Counted from the first letter of the stretch, positions 1 to 12,923 are shown. The stretch: 64,000 nt of DNA from Nemertoderma westbladi (GCA_032718475.1 JAUCBJ010006256.1:9229-73228), one strand, 5' to 3'. Numbers and translations: made by a program. Notes: a model not told the origin generated them from the letters alone.

Positions 1-429
1 ATATTGTATTGCATGGGACAATCCTTTTTAAAGGTTTTTATAAATATATTCAAATTAAATTAAACAATATTAGATAAAGCGGTTTTTTTGTGAGAGAAAT
101 CCAGAAGTCCAATTTTTTCTTTTGAAAAATAGCTTTTATCATGAGGTTTTTATTCTAGAACATTTGACATTTTGACAGTAAGATTGTAGCTAGAAATTTT
201 GATTTTGTGTTAGCTAATACTTTTTATTAGCTAGTGAAACAATAAAAATTTAAAATTAAAAAAAAAATTTCTTGTTGAAATTACTTTAATCATTGCTTTT
301 ATTATTTATTAGCTACCATAAATTTTACTAGATATCATGATGATTTAATTGAAAAATTTCAAAAATTTTAAGACCGCGTTTACACTACCGAGTCAAAGTC
401 AAGATTAAATTCAAAAGAAAATAAATATA

Positions 430-1129
430 CAGTACAGGCCACCAGAAAACGCAGATTTGTACAATTGTGAACACATTTTATCAAATGTGTACCAGTGTAA
501 TGTAATGTTGTTGAATGGTACAATTGAACATAATTGAACATAATTGAATTGGCAACAACCAAAATTTTTTCGCCAAAGGATACAATTGAATACTTTTGAA
601 ACGCTTAGTAATCTGGAAACTCTCTTTAGTTTGCCGCGAACTGTCACTCACTGCAGCTGGAAATGCAATAAGGATTTTGTTTACCTTTATAGTGTGCGGT
701 TAATAGTGTCTAGTAGGCAGGCCTATAGTTAATGATGTTAGGGCATCTTCTGGTGTTTCTCTGTGCCCTCTCGGTGTCAGACTAATGGCGCGACATCTCC
801 CTGCACCAAATTATTTATTCAATGGTCTAGGCTCCTCCATCCATATACCCATCCACTCGAACCTCCATGTGGTCTTGTATGTAGTTCTCTCTCTATCAAT
901 ACAGCCCATTTCCGCAATGTTACGCCCTGGGGGCTCTCTCATCTACCTGATAACATACATACAGGCGCACCGCACCGCACACAAAGCTTTTGTTGGTCCC
1001 AGCAAGTTAGCCTCCTGCTGTATGATCTAGAAGATAACTCACCATAACCTGCCAATCAGATGACTTGAACAAATGTGTTCACATGTGATCACATTGGAAG
1101 AAATCTGCTTTTTCTGGTGGCCTGTACTG
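430..1129. mobile_element. Tc1/mariner-like MITE (~700 bp)
   Basis: TIRs CAGTACAGGCCACCAGAAAACGCAGATTT and AAATCTGCTTTTTCTGGTGGCCTGTACTG with TA on both sides (428-429, 1130-1131); no transposase ORF. Confidence 0.85.
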
Positions 1130-1241
1130 TAGCTAGCTAGCAATAATAAATAATAATACATTATATAGGCCTAATAATACATAAGGGCATTCTAGAAAAA
1201 ATTAATTTCATGTGATATGTTTTACATTTTGTCTTTTAAAA

Positions 1242-2765
1242 CCCTATTAGTACCGGGCTATAAAATGCTGTACAAATACCGGGGGCGGGGGGGGGGGGGG
1301 GGGGGGGGTCATATTGACCCGTCCCTCTAAAATCTACAAATATTAACGAAAACGTCTGAATTTACTGGGGTGGTAATATTGCAGCACCAAAATTACAAGT
1401 AGTACAAGCAGTAAAATTACAATTTTCACAAAATTTGAAAGTTACATTTTTCGGCTAATTGTTTTTCAATATAGGTTTTCTGGGGCGCAAAATACATTGG
1501 AAAATATTTAAAAATGATATGATTACCATAAATGGCTGTTTAGTCCTCTCAGCGTAGAAAAAAATGAAAGAACAAGTAACCAGCACTTTTCAGTTAGAAC
1601 ACAAAATTTTTAATTCACTTATATGATGCTATAAATTCACATTTTCAGGTTTTCTAGGGAGCTGATTCTAATGGAATACATTTCAAATATGCCAGATCAT
1701 TGCTGCTTGTATTTTTCGGCGTAATTTGGCAAATTTTGGTGCTAGCACCAAATTTTGTACCCATCACCAAAAAGTACAACTTTGCGATGTCCAGTACTGT
1801 TTTTATTGATTCCATCGGATTCAGGACCCTCATAAACCCGTATAACGCAAGAAACAAGATGATATTATCTACTGATCAATATACTCATTTTCCAAAATTT
1901 GGTGCTGGCACAACAATTTTCACCCACCGGCGAAAAATACAAGTTTGAAAACTCTTATGAAATTTTTACTGTTTCCATTGAATTCAGAACCCTAAGAAAC
2001 CCGTATAACGCAAGAAACAAGATGGCACAATCAATTGATATATTTGATGGTTTTCAAAATTTGGTGCTAGCACCACATTTGGCACCCACTTCCGAAAAAT
2101 ACAAGTTTGAGATGTCTAGTTCGATAATTATATATTCCATTGAATTCAGAACAGCCATAAACCTCTAAAATGCAAGAAATAAATTGTCACAAGCAATTTT
2201 ATCTATTGAATGGATTTTCAAAATTTCTTGCTAGCACCAAAATTTGCACACAGCACCGAAAAATACAAGTTTGATACGCTTGGTGCAACTCGTATATATT
2301 TCATCGAAACCAGAACCCAAAAAACCCCAATTGCGTAAAATACAAGTTTCAAACAATCAATTTACAAAATTGACATATTTCAAGATTTGGTGCTGGCACC
2401 AAAATTTGGCACACCTCGAAAAAAAGAAGTTTGAAATTTCTAAATCAATTTATATGAATTCCATCCAATTTCTAAGACCAAAAAACCGGTGTAAATAAAA
2501 AATAGAGATGTTACAATTCATATTTAATTAAATGTAATTTTCAAAAAACGTCTCAAAAAAAGTGCCAAAAGTAGGGTTAAAAAATGGTGCTATAACTCGA
2601 AAACTACCCAATATTTTTGAAAACGGTTTTCACTACTAGGAATACAATAGATTTTTAGGAAAAGTCATAAAATTTGAGATTCCCAACTGCGTTTGTTTCA
2701 GAATTATAATAAAAAAACCACGGGGGGGGGTCATATTGGCCCCTTCCCCCCCAGGTTTAATAGGG
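1242..2765. mobile_element. piggyBac-like non-autonomous element
   Basis: Ends CCCTATTAGTACCGGG and CCAGGTTTAATAGGG|TTAA; poly-G+GTCATATTG subterminal motif near both ends; left TTAA is degenerate. Confidence 0.65.
1725..2480. repeat. ~163-bp degenerate tandem repeat (about 4.5 copies) inside the piggyBac-like element
   Basis: AAATTTGGTGCT(A/G)GCACCA...AAAATACAAGTTTGA recurs near 1731, 1895, 2057, 2221 and 2385. Confidence 0.8.
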
Positions 2766-3024
2766 TTAACTTTGACTTTGACTCGGTAGTGTGAACGCGG
2801 CCTAAAAAGTTATTTTATTCATTTTATATACGTATTATATCCATGCCGTTCTTTTTAAATACTATCCAGGCCTTTGTCTAAAAACATATTTGTTCTAGAA
2901 CATTAATTTTTTCAAAATAAAATGGCTAAATTTCAAAAAAAAAAATTATCAAAAACTAGCTAGTAAATATTTATTTTGGTGAGGGGTGTATGCATACTGA
3001 ACCAGTACCCACTATTTTACAGTC

Positions 3025-3186
3025 AAAATAGCCAAGTTGCTATAAAAGTTTCCGGCTACTTTGCTGGTGAAGTTGCTGGTAAAGTTGCCACGTGTAAACA
3101 TTAAACAGCGATTAAATTAAATTGCTCCAAACACATTGCTAGTTGCCGAGAAAGTTGCTCTAAAAGTTGCCACGTGTAAACAGGCC
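3025..3186. mobile_element. Right end of a PIF/Harbinger-like MITE (fragment)
   Basis: Repeated AAAGTTGCCACGTGTAAAC ending in GTGTAAACAGGCC; matching left TIR not found. Confidence 0.4.
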
Positions 3187-3586
3187 TTTAGGACAGGGGG
3201 CATTGTTTTGTAGGGGCCATATCCTTTTTAATGGCCTTTTAAGTACATGGTCTAAAGTAGGCCATTTTGCTGCTATTAAAATTCAATAAACATGTCCACT
3301 TTCAGTGAGAAATAGTAAATAAATTCAGAAAATAAAAAAAGTTAATGAAAATATAAATCGTAAGATCGATATTATGAAATGTAAGCAAATAAGACAATAC
3401 CGATGGATCGTAATATTGTTATTTTCGCAGACTACATATTAAATTTAGAAATGAAGCGACATATTAAACACCTTTAACGAAGAATTATATTTTGTCATGA
3501 AATCGGCTATTTCTCCGCCGATTTTTGCTGGAATGATTTGAAATTTGTTCAGAAATGTTGACACTTGTTCAGAATACCATTTGCAC

Positions 3587-5561
3587 AAAAAGGCACTTTT
3601 GGCCACAGCAGAGTGCCATTTTGTGGCCTATTTTATTAATTATTTGGTTTGGCCATTTTTAAACACACCAGACGATAATTAGTACCACAAAAAATAACTT
3701 TCAAATATAGTTTAAGATTTCAAAATGTTTCAGATTTAGTCATTAAAAACGTATGTTAATTCTAGGAAATGTTAAGGGATTTGAATATTGAGTATTTCTG
3801 AAAATACAGACTCAGACACACACGGGCACGATGTTACTCCCCCCGATGTTACTTCCCAGTCCCACTGTTGTTAACAACAGTTATTGTATCATATAATAAA
3901 AAATATAGGTCTACATCCACTGAAGTGCCCATCGTGAAGTGAAATCCCAAGTGAAGTGCGATATCAAGATTTCCTTAGAATATGCCCTGAATTAGAAATA
4001 CAGAGATATGAAATGGCCCTAAAACCTAAAACAAATATATTAAATGGCCTTCCCAGGAAAATACACCCATGTTAGATTGAGTTCATAATCTACAGTTAAT
4101 TACTTTAAATTTATTAACAGTGGCCCCTTTATAATATCAAAATATAAAATATGGCCCTAAATTCATAAATTAATTTTATTGATGTCTATTGGCAGAAATA
4201 GACTGGCAGACAGACATGTGTCAAACGGAAAAGACAGGGGGAAGGATAATTGGGATTACAATCAGAGATGTGAGGCAAAGGTGGCTTCTACTGCTTGCAT
4301 TGCCATTTGCCCATCGCCTTATAAGTTAATAATAAAAGTAAGTAATAATCGGTTCGTAAGTGGCTTGTAAGCCGCTTACAAAATGCATTATATTATTATG
4401 GTCGTAAAGTGAAATCCTTTTCCAGTGTCGTTATTTATGATATGTTAAGCTGAAACTTGTGAAATCAGTACTATAGTACCTGTAAATTTCAAATTATATC
4501 AGGCTCAGCATATTATAGTTACCCCCCTCCCCTCATACCTCCCACCGTTGTTTACAGCAGTTATTGTATTATATAATAATAATATCCACCAAAATCCCAA
4601 TTGAAGTGCGATATCAAGATTTCCTTAGAATATTCCCTCAATTAGAAATACAGAGATATGAAATGGCCCTAAAACCTAAAACAAATATATTAAATGGCCT
4701 TCCTAGGAAAATACACCCATGTTAGATTGAGTTCATAATCTACAGTTAATTACTTTAAATTTATTAACAGTGGCCTCTTTATAATATCAAAATATAAAAT
4801 ATGGCCCTAAATTTATAAATTAATTTTATTGATGTCTATTGGCAGAAATAGACTTGCAGACAGACATGTGTCAAACGGAAAAGACAGGGGGAAGGATAAT
4901 TGGGATTACGATCAGAGATGTGAGGCAAAGGTGGCTTCTACTGCTTGCCTTGCCATTTATTTGCCCATTGCCTTATAAGTTAATAATAAAAGTAAGTAAT
5001 AATAGTAAAGTGAAATCCTCCTCCAGTTTCGTTATTTATGATACGTTAAGCTGAAACTTGTGAAATCAATACTATAATACAACTTGCGCTGCATCATTGG
5101 GGAGAAACTGATCCATAGGGCCTATGCAGATTTTTAAGTTTTTTATATGCAGTTTTAAATTTCACAAAATTTAAAACCTTCGATATTTCATATTTTTTAA
5201 TCATTTTGACGTGACACCTGGCAATCATTATAGTAATAATTAAGGTGCATAATACTAGCTCAGGCACATTTTCCATTCAAAAACGTGCATTTATAATCTC
5301 TATACCTGTAAATTTCAGATTATATCAGGCTCAGCATTATTATAGTTAACCCCCTCCCCTCATACCTCCCATACCGTTGTTTACAGCAGTTATTGTATTA
5401 TATAATAAATAATATCCACCAAAATCCCAATTGAAGTGTGATATCAAGATGTCCTTAGAATATTCCCTGAATTAGAAATATGGAGATATGGCCCTAAAAC
5501 CTAAAACAAATATATTAAATGGCCTTCCTAGGAAAATACACCAATGTTAGATTGAGTTCAT
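3587..5561 (+). repeat. Complex duplicated block with internal ~650-860-bp reiterations (GGCCC-rich repeat family)
   Basis: GAAGTGCGATATCAAGATTTCCTTAGAAT...GTCTATTGGCAGAAATAGAC module at ~3953 and ~4603, partial at ~5433; near-identical translated ORFs recur. Confidence 0.85.
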
Positions 5562-7651
5562 TTTACAGGGTGCTTCAAGAGGGGCATGGCGCTTGTAAAA
5601 GCTTTTGCGGAATTGGCTGGTTATTTTCCCCGCAAAGTACTCTGTAGTTGGTTTAACGGGCATAAAAAGCCGTTTCATTACTGTACTGGTGTTTTAGTGG
5701 ACATAAAAAGCCATTTCTTCAGTATGTGTACTTTAGCGGACATAACTAGCAATTTTATGTCGCAATACGCTAAATCCTCTTGACACAGTGTAGTTACTAT
5801 GACGACGGCTAACAGCTGATCTGTACACGTGGAGCTTTTCCTTTGTTCTCTGTTCTTTCTTTGTTCGGTCGACCAATCAGAGCGTTTTTTGACTCTGTGT
5901 TGGAGATTGTATACAGAAACTCGTGCAGTTGAGTCAGTATGTGTATTTTGTCCACAGCCAGAAGACCGGCTTTGGAACCTCTGTGTTTTCAGGCTTTAGC
6001 CCAACATTAGTAGGCTTGATCATCGAAACGTATATCTGTTATCAAACCACATATCATACCAATTCATGCCTACCCATCCTACTCACCTAATCATATTGTC
6101 AACTACAAACACCGCATTTTTACTGCTACTTACTGTCGGTTATTCATTATATCGGCTGATGGAATATTATTATATTGGATAATATCGATAAATTAATCAT
6201 AAAACCCTCAATCTTCTTGATATACTGAAGGTAAGAGAGACCGGTTACATATAACGATTGCGACTTACATTAAAGTGGTTTTGAAGTGAATCTAATGCTA
6301 TTTCATAGGCACTACATGTATCGGTCGTTGTTCTCTTTATATGTGACTAAATTAGTGAAGGTCGGCAGATCGGTGTGCAGCATTGTGCAGTAGTGTGCAT
6401 GATTGTGATTGATAACAAAGCATCTCCTAAAGAATGCGCTATATACGTGAATCCATAGCCATCCCGTTGTGTCTAGTGTAAGTCATAACTCTGTTTACAT
6501 ATTTAGAGTGCCACGTCCTAAAGGAACTGTTAATATTTCCCGAAAGTGAATAATCTTTGTCAGAGATTATATATTACGAACAGTCGAATAATACAGTAGG
6601 CCTACACCGCAATAAGGTCAAGCTTCCGAATCCAGTCTCCCGGGTATATCCAGCGGGTGAATGGTCGCGCATAGACTGGCTTCGGCTAATGTAGTGTATC
6701 AAATACTCGTCATAGGCTAAAGTCGATTTATAATCTAGAAGACATTTAAATTTGGCAGGTTAAACTGCTAAAGGTCTGAAAGCGCGAACAGCGCTTCTCC
6801 GGAGAGACAAATTTTAGATTTTTCGATTTTACTTCGTATAAGACATTTTCTTTTTCTTAATACGGAAATTTATTTAATGATGATGTGTAATGATCAGTTT
6901 CAGTGATGTATGCGCTTGCATACATCAATTTCTTGATACGAATGTGTTGTTCAAAAACCCGTTCGAGTAATAACATAACAACATAAATAATTATAACACC
7001 TACTTTTGGTCTACAAATGTAGACCTTGAGCGATACTGGGTTTTAATTCGAACTAATTTTAGAGCTAGCAATAATTATAGTTTTAATTTTAAGACCAAAG
7101 ACCCTAGAGTGTACAAAACAAAGAGGTAAAGTCGCTTTAAGTCCCATTGCCATTTAAAGGAGCAAGTTAGTAAAGGAGCAGGTTATAGAAGCGTGTTGGC
7201 GGAACCAAACCAATAAACGAAAGTTAACACATTTTACAAGATTATGCAGGTTACTTAATTGGGCCTTGGTTCTTTATTTTGTACTCACCCCTAATATTGT
7301 CTCTAATTGATAAAAAGGTATCTGGAGATGTATTAAGAATTATAAGATCCTTGAAGAATAACTCTAATAATTTTTGTCATCAAAGAAGAGGTGAAGACAC
7401 TTATCCTAGATCAATCAAAATGAGGTAGCTGCTTGTATAAGGAATCCTACAATTGTTTAGTCACATTGGAAGAACAATATTACAGGCGTGCATTTATGTG
7501 TGCAATGCGTGCATGTGCTAGCCTATGTTCGGGGTGTATTCTAATTATGTTCTAACTGTGTTCTCGTGTGTTCCCTTATGTTCTATAATTATTTCTATCC
7601 GGCGTGCAAAAGCTTGATACAGACCCCTCTAACCATCTCACAATCCAGTCA

Positions 7652-8400
7652 GTTGCCAGGTGTCACATCAAAACGATTATAAAATACGAAATATCGAAGG
7701 AAAAAATTTTGAGTATTTGGCCCTCTAGCAGTGGACTGGGGAACTGCATATGGATCAGTTTCTCCCAAATGATGCAGCGCAGGTTGTATTATAGTATTGA
7801 TTTCACAAGTTTCAGCTTAAACGTATCATAAATAACGAAACTGGAGGAGGATTTCACTTCACTATTATTACTTACTTTTATTATTAACTTATAAGGTGAT
7901 GGGCAAATGGCAAGGCAAGCAGTAGAAGCCACCTTTGCCTCACATCTCTGATCGTAATCCCAATTATCTTTCCCCCTGCCTTTTCCGTTTGACACATGTC
8001 TGTCTGCAAGTCTATTTCTGCCAATAGACATCAATAAAATTAATTTATAAATTTAGGGCCATATTTTATATTTTGATATTATAAAGGGGCCACTGTTAAT
8101 AAATTTAAAGTAATTAACTGTAGATTATGAACTCAAACTAACATGGGTGTATTTTCTTAGGAAGGCCATTTAATATATTTGTTTTAGGTTTTAGGGCCAT
8201 TTCATATCTCTGTATTTCTAAATCAGGGCATATTCTAAGGAAATCTTGATATTGCATTTCAATTGGGATTTGGGTAGATATTAGTTATTATATAATACAA
8301 TAACTGCTGTAAACAACAGCGTTAAATATGAGGGGAGGGGGTAACTCTGTGAAACAGTACAACGTGCCCGTGCATGTCTGAGTCTGTATTCACAGATATA
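7652..8400 (-). repeat. Inverted copy of the 3587-5561 repeat family
   Basis: Reverse complement of the 4500-5225 modules (ORF 7789-8034 on minus matches 4179/9469 ORFs on plus). Confidence 0.85.
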
Positions 8401-8466
8401 CACACTACAGTATAACCACATACTCTTTGCCGGAGTCATGATTGCTGCATAGAACATTGATACCAA

Positions 8467-8945
8467 CCGTGACAGTGGAACAGATGGTGACTCCCCCCCC
8501 CCCCCCCCCCCCCAGGTCGGCGAGGTCTCAAGTGTTTGGAACTCATTCAACCTAAATAAACGTGCAGAACTCACTCAAAAAATCAAAATGATATACGTGC
8601 TAGTTCCAAAGAATGGTAACCTAACACACTTTGGATCTTTTCATGAAATCACGTTGATCTCAATTACTGCAAGGATATAATACAGTACATTTTTATAGAA
8701 TCACAATGGTCGCTTTTGTTTTTGATTACCGATAATTAGTTCCCTGATATTGTTCAAATGTAATCCAATGAGCAGACCCGATCCCAATCTGATCTGCAGA
8801 ATACCTTTGCTGGGAAACAGAAATCTGAAACATTTCTTAAAATTCATATCATACGTTTTGAATGACTAAAATTATGGAGAAGGGGGGGTGGGGGTGTGGG
8901 GGGGGGGGAGGGATTCACCATTCACCATATGTTCCACTGTCACGG
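8467..8945. repeat. 24-bp inverted repeat pair with inner poly-C / poly-G tracts (MITE-like or foldback core)
   Basis: CCGTGACAGTGGAACAGATGGTGA (8467-8490) and TCACCATATGTTCCACTGTCACGG (8922-8945), one mismatch. Confidence 0.7.
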
Positions 8946-8947
8946 CA

Positions 8948-10260
8948 AAAAAAAGGCACTTTTGGCCACAGCAGAATGACATTTTGTGGCCTATTTTTTT
9001 AATTATTTGGTTTGGCCATTTTTAAACACACCAGACGATATTTAGTACCACAAAAAATAACTTTCAAATATAGTTTGAGATTTCAAAATGTTTCAGATTT
9101 AGTCATTTAAAACGTATTATGTTAATTCTAGGAAAAGTTAAGGGGTTTGAATATTGAGTATTTCTGTGAATACAGACTCAGACACACACGGGCACGATGT
9201 TAATCCCCCCCCCCCCCCCATACTTGCCACCGTTGTTAACAACAGTTATTGTATCATATAATAAAAAATATAGGTCTACACCCATATCCCAATAGATATG
9301 AAATGGCCCTAAAACCTAAAACAAATATATTAAATGGCCTTCCTAGGAAAATACACCCATGTTAGATTGAGTTCATAATCTACAGTTAATTATATTAAAT
9401 TTATTAAAAGTGGCCCCTTTATAATATCAAAATATAAAATATGGCCCTAAATTCATAAATTAATTTTATTGATGTCTATTGGCAGAAATAGACTGGCGAA
9501 CAGACATGTGTCAAACGGAAAAGGCAGGGGGAAGGATAATTGGGATTACAATCAGATATGTGAGGCAAAGGTGGCTTCTACTGCTTGCCTTGCCATTTGC
9601 CCATCGCCTTATAAGTTAATAATAAAAGTAAGTAATAATAGTAAAGTGAAATTCTCCTACAGTTTCGTTATTTATGATACGTTAAGCTGCAACTTGTGAA
9701 ATCAATACTATAATACAACCTGCGCTGCATCATTGGGGAGAAAATGATCCATAGGGCCTATGCACATTTTTAAGTTTTTTATATGCAGTTTTAAATTTCA
9801 CAAAATTTAAAACCTTCGATATTTCATATTTTATATTCATTTTGACGTGACACCTGGCAATCATTATAGTAATAATTAAGGTGCATAATACTAGCTCAGG
9901 CACATTTTCCATACAAAAACGTGCATTTATAATCTCTGTACCTGTAAATTTCAGATTATATCAGGCTCAGCATATTATAATTAACCCCCTCCCCTCATAC
10001 CTCCCATACCGTTGTTTACAGCAGTTATTGTATTATATAATAAATAATATCCACCAAAATCCCAATTGAAGTGCGATATCAAGATTTCCTTAAAATATTC
10101 CCTGAATTAGAAATACAGAGATATGAAATGGCCCTAAAACCCAAAACAAACATATTAAATGGCCTTCCTAGGAAAATACACTCATGTTAGATTGAGTTCA
10201 TATTGTACAGTTAAATTACATTAAATTTATTAACAGTGGCCCTATCAAAATATATAAAAT
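8948..10260 (+). repeat. Direct copy of the 3587-5561 repeat family
   Basis: AAAAAGGCACTTTTGGCCACAGCAGA start and modules colinear with 3587-3925 and 4640-5560. Confidence 0.85.
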
Positions 10261-10333
10261 GACCTTTTAGATTTACAGTAAATATATTGCAGCCAATTGG
10301 AAAATATAATTTGGCAATTGGCAATTACGATTC

Positions 10334-10756
10334 CCCGTACTTAGTTCCAATTTAAGCCTCATGCGAATTTAGTTCCAATGGAAAATAAGTTAGTTCCAAT
10401 GGAAACGAATTTAGTTCCAATTTTGGCGAATTTATTTCCAATTTAGGCGAACTTATTTCCAATAACTAGAGAAAAAAGTTCGTACCCATTGGAACTAAAT
10501 TCGCTTCCATTGGAACTAAATTCGCATCCACTGGAACTAAATTCGCATGCATTGGAACTAGATTCGCATCCATTGGAACTAAATTCGCATCCATTGGAAC
10601 TAAGTTCATTTTGATATTCTGGGATTGGAACTAAGTTCGCCTCGATTGGAACTAAGTTCGCTTTGTAAAATTTATTTTGGAACTAAATGCATTTCAATTG
10701 GAACTACATAAGTTCGCCTTTGAAAATGTGCGATTGGAACTAAGTTCGTGCTAACC
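10334..10756. mobile_element. Foldback MITE built from ~21-bp repeats in opposite orientation
   Basis: TTAGTTCCAA units at 10341-10465 switch to TTGGAACTAAATTCGC units at 10489-10748. Confidence 0.7.
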
Positions 10757-10797
10757 TTATGAGTTACCAGTGGAGCACGGGCCTTTTAGTAGAAGCC

Positions 10798-11070
10798 TAC
10801 TACTACTACTAGGATCGGCATGCTGCATTGCAGCTGCATTTTTAAGAATGCTGTGCCGGCTTGTCAACAAAATTGCACCGCCACAACTCCCTATCACCCA
10901 TGACATTTGCTAGATCATCCGCATCTTTAAGGCCAGTGTCCTTTAAGATGCGTCTCAAGAAAGTCATGGGCTGTCCACCATGCTTATTCACTCCATGAGG
11001 CTGCCAAAGTACAAGATTATGCACTGGCTGGTCCTCACGGCGAAAGCAATGTCCTGCAAAGCGGAGGCGA
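10798..11070 (-). mobile_element. 5'-truncated RTE-clade LINE (3' end) with (TAG)n tail
   Basis: C-terminal peptide RLRFAGHCFRREDQPVHNLVLWQP; 13-bp TSD TTTAGTAGAAGCC at 10785-10797 and 11071-11083; closely matches 42234-42510. Confidence 0.92.
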
Positions 11071-11236
11071 TTTAGTAGAAGCCACATTCAGCGTCACACC
11101 TCTGATTGTAGTTTAGGAATGTAATTTTGTAAATTTAGGGCCATTTTTTATATTTTTATATTTTGTTAGGGCCACTATTAATAAATTTAATGTAATTTAA
11201 CTGTACAATATGTTCAATTCCTATATTAATGATTGT

Positions 11237-12040
11237 GGCCCTCATTAGACAATGTTCCTAAGGGCCATTTAAAAGGAAGTGGCCCATTCATGACATGTCC
11301 AATATGAGCCACTTAAATATAAAATAGCCCTCAGTAGTGAGTAGACAATGTTCGTAAGGGCCATTTAAAAGGAAGTGGCCCATTTAAGACAATGTCTCAT
11401 TTGAGCCACTTGAATGTAAAATGGCCCTAAGTAAACAATGTTTGTAAGGGCCATTTAAAGGGAAGTGGCCCATTCAAGACAATGTCTCATTTGAGCCACT
11501 TAAATGTAAAATGGCCCTCAGTAAACAATGTTTGTAAGGGCCATTTAAAAGGAAGTGGCCCATTTCAGACAATGTATCATTTGAGCCACTTAAATCTAAA
11601 ATGGCCCTAGATGGCAATAGATACGAATTGATTTCTACATCTAGTTTCTCGCATTACATGTGTTTTACGTTGGTTCTGAATTCATTGGAATAAATAAAAA
11701 CGGCTTTAGACATTTCAAATTGTATTTTTCGGAGGTGTGTGCCAAATTAATAATAAACAAAACTAATAACAAAATTTTAATAAAAAAAACTTCCCAAGAA
11801 ATTGGAATATTTATAATATTCCAACCCCAGAAAACCTAAAAATGTTATTTTAAGCACGCTAATAAGAGTAAATTTTTTATTATTATTTCCGGTATGAATA
11901 GGGTTAAAGGTGTAAAAAGGGTAAAAAGTTAAAGTGGCCCATTCAAGACAATGTCTCATTGGAGCCACTTAAATGGCCCTCAGTAGACACTGTTCCTAAG
12001 GGCCATTTAAATTGGTCTGGGTCCTTCAAGACAAATCTCC
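11237..12040. repeat. ~90-bp tandem repeat interrupted by an insertion at ~11610-11930
   Basis: AGGGCCATTTAAAAGGAAGTGGCCCATT at ~11261, 11357, 11447, 11537, resuming at ~11930; the insertion contains a piggyBac-like ATAGGGTTAA end at ~11898-11907. Confidence 0.8.
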
Positions 12041-12067
12041 CATTGGATACACGCAATGAAGGAAATG

Positions 12068-12145
12068 TCATATCATATCATAGCATAGCATAGCATAGCA
12101 TAGCATAGCATAATACCATATCATACATACATAACATAACATAAT
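12068..12145. repeat. (CATAG)n/(CATAA)n pentanucleotide microsatellite
   Basis: Direct inspection. Confidence 0.9.
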
Positions 12146-12688
12146 GCATAACTATATAATAATTCAGCTGGTCGAGACAATGACAAATATAGAATAGGCC
12201 CTATAACAATATTATAGATATAGAATAATAATGAAATTTATAGAGGCACATAAATAATGGCTATAATAATGTAGCACATACTGAATTTGTAAGGCTGAAG
12301 TGTTTTCAATACTAACTGCTAATGGATTATATTCCTGTCGCTAAAATATCGTTTCTAGTAGTCGTGAAATGTTAGGATACATACCTAACATAACATCTAC
12401 AGTTAGTTATCATAGCATGCATAGCATACATCTTATATCAGCAAACCAAACATAAACTGTAGCATGCCCTAAAACTAAGGGTCGGACGATACCATGCCAA
12501 GCATAGTTATATACCATACCATACATACCTTAAATAGCTTGCAACATTGTAATCCTAAAGTATATTTCCTTGTTTTTTAGGTTTCAAACTATGTTTTGTT
12601 AAAAACTGTAGTGGCCGCTAAATGAATCAAGTTTCCATAATTATTCATGTGTATTCATGTTGTATTTGTGCAAATTATCAAACCTTCC

Positions 12689-12923
12689 GTTTGGCACAGC
12701 TTAGTGAAGTACAAGAGACGGCGAAGCACATAATAACAAAGAATCGAATATAGTGGCTGCAGATATGGTTTGACAAATGGGAGCTAGGTATATTAGGTAG
12801 TATTTCAAGGTCTACCTTTTTTTTTGCCTGAGCCGCTAGCGGAATGGTAAGAGCGCCAAACTGGCGGTCACCACTTCGATCCCATCTGGACGTCATTCTC
12901 GACTTTGCTAAGCTGTGCCCAAC
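12689..12923. mobile_element. Small inverted-repeat-bounded element containing a tRNA-like Pol III promoter
   Basis: 22-bp IRs GTTTGGCACAGCTTAGTGAAGT and ACTTTGCTAAGCTGTGCCCAAC; internal A-box-like TAGCGGAATGG (12837) and B-box-like CTTCGATCCC (12874). Confidence 0.55.

Larger units (their letters stand above)
372..2802. mobile_element. PIF/Harbinger-like non-autonomous element hosting two nested insertions
   Basis: ~31-bp TIRs GACCGCGTTTACACTACCGAGTCAAAGTCAAG (372-) and CTTTGACTTTGACTCGGTAGTGTGAACGCGGCC (-2802); TAA flanks both ends (369-371, 2803-2805), the typical PIF/Harbinger TSD. Confidence 0.8.
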
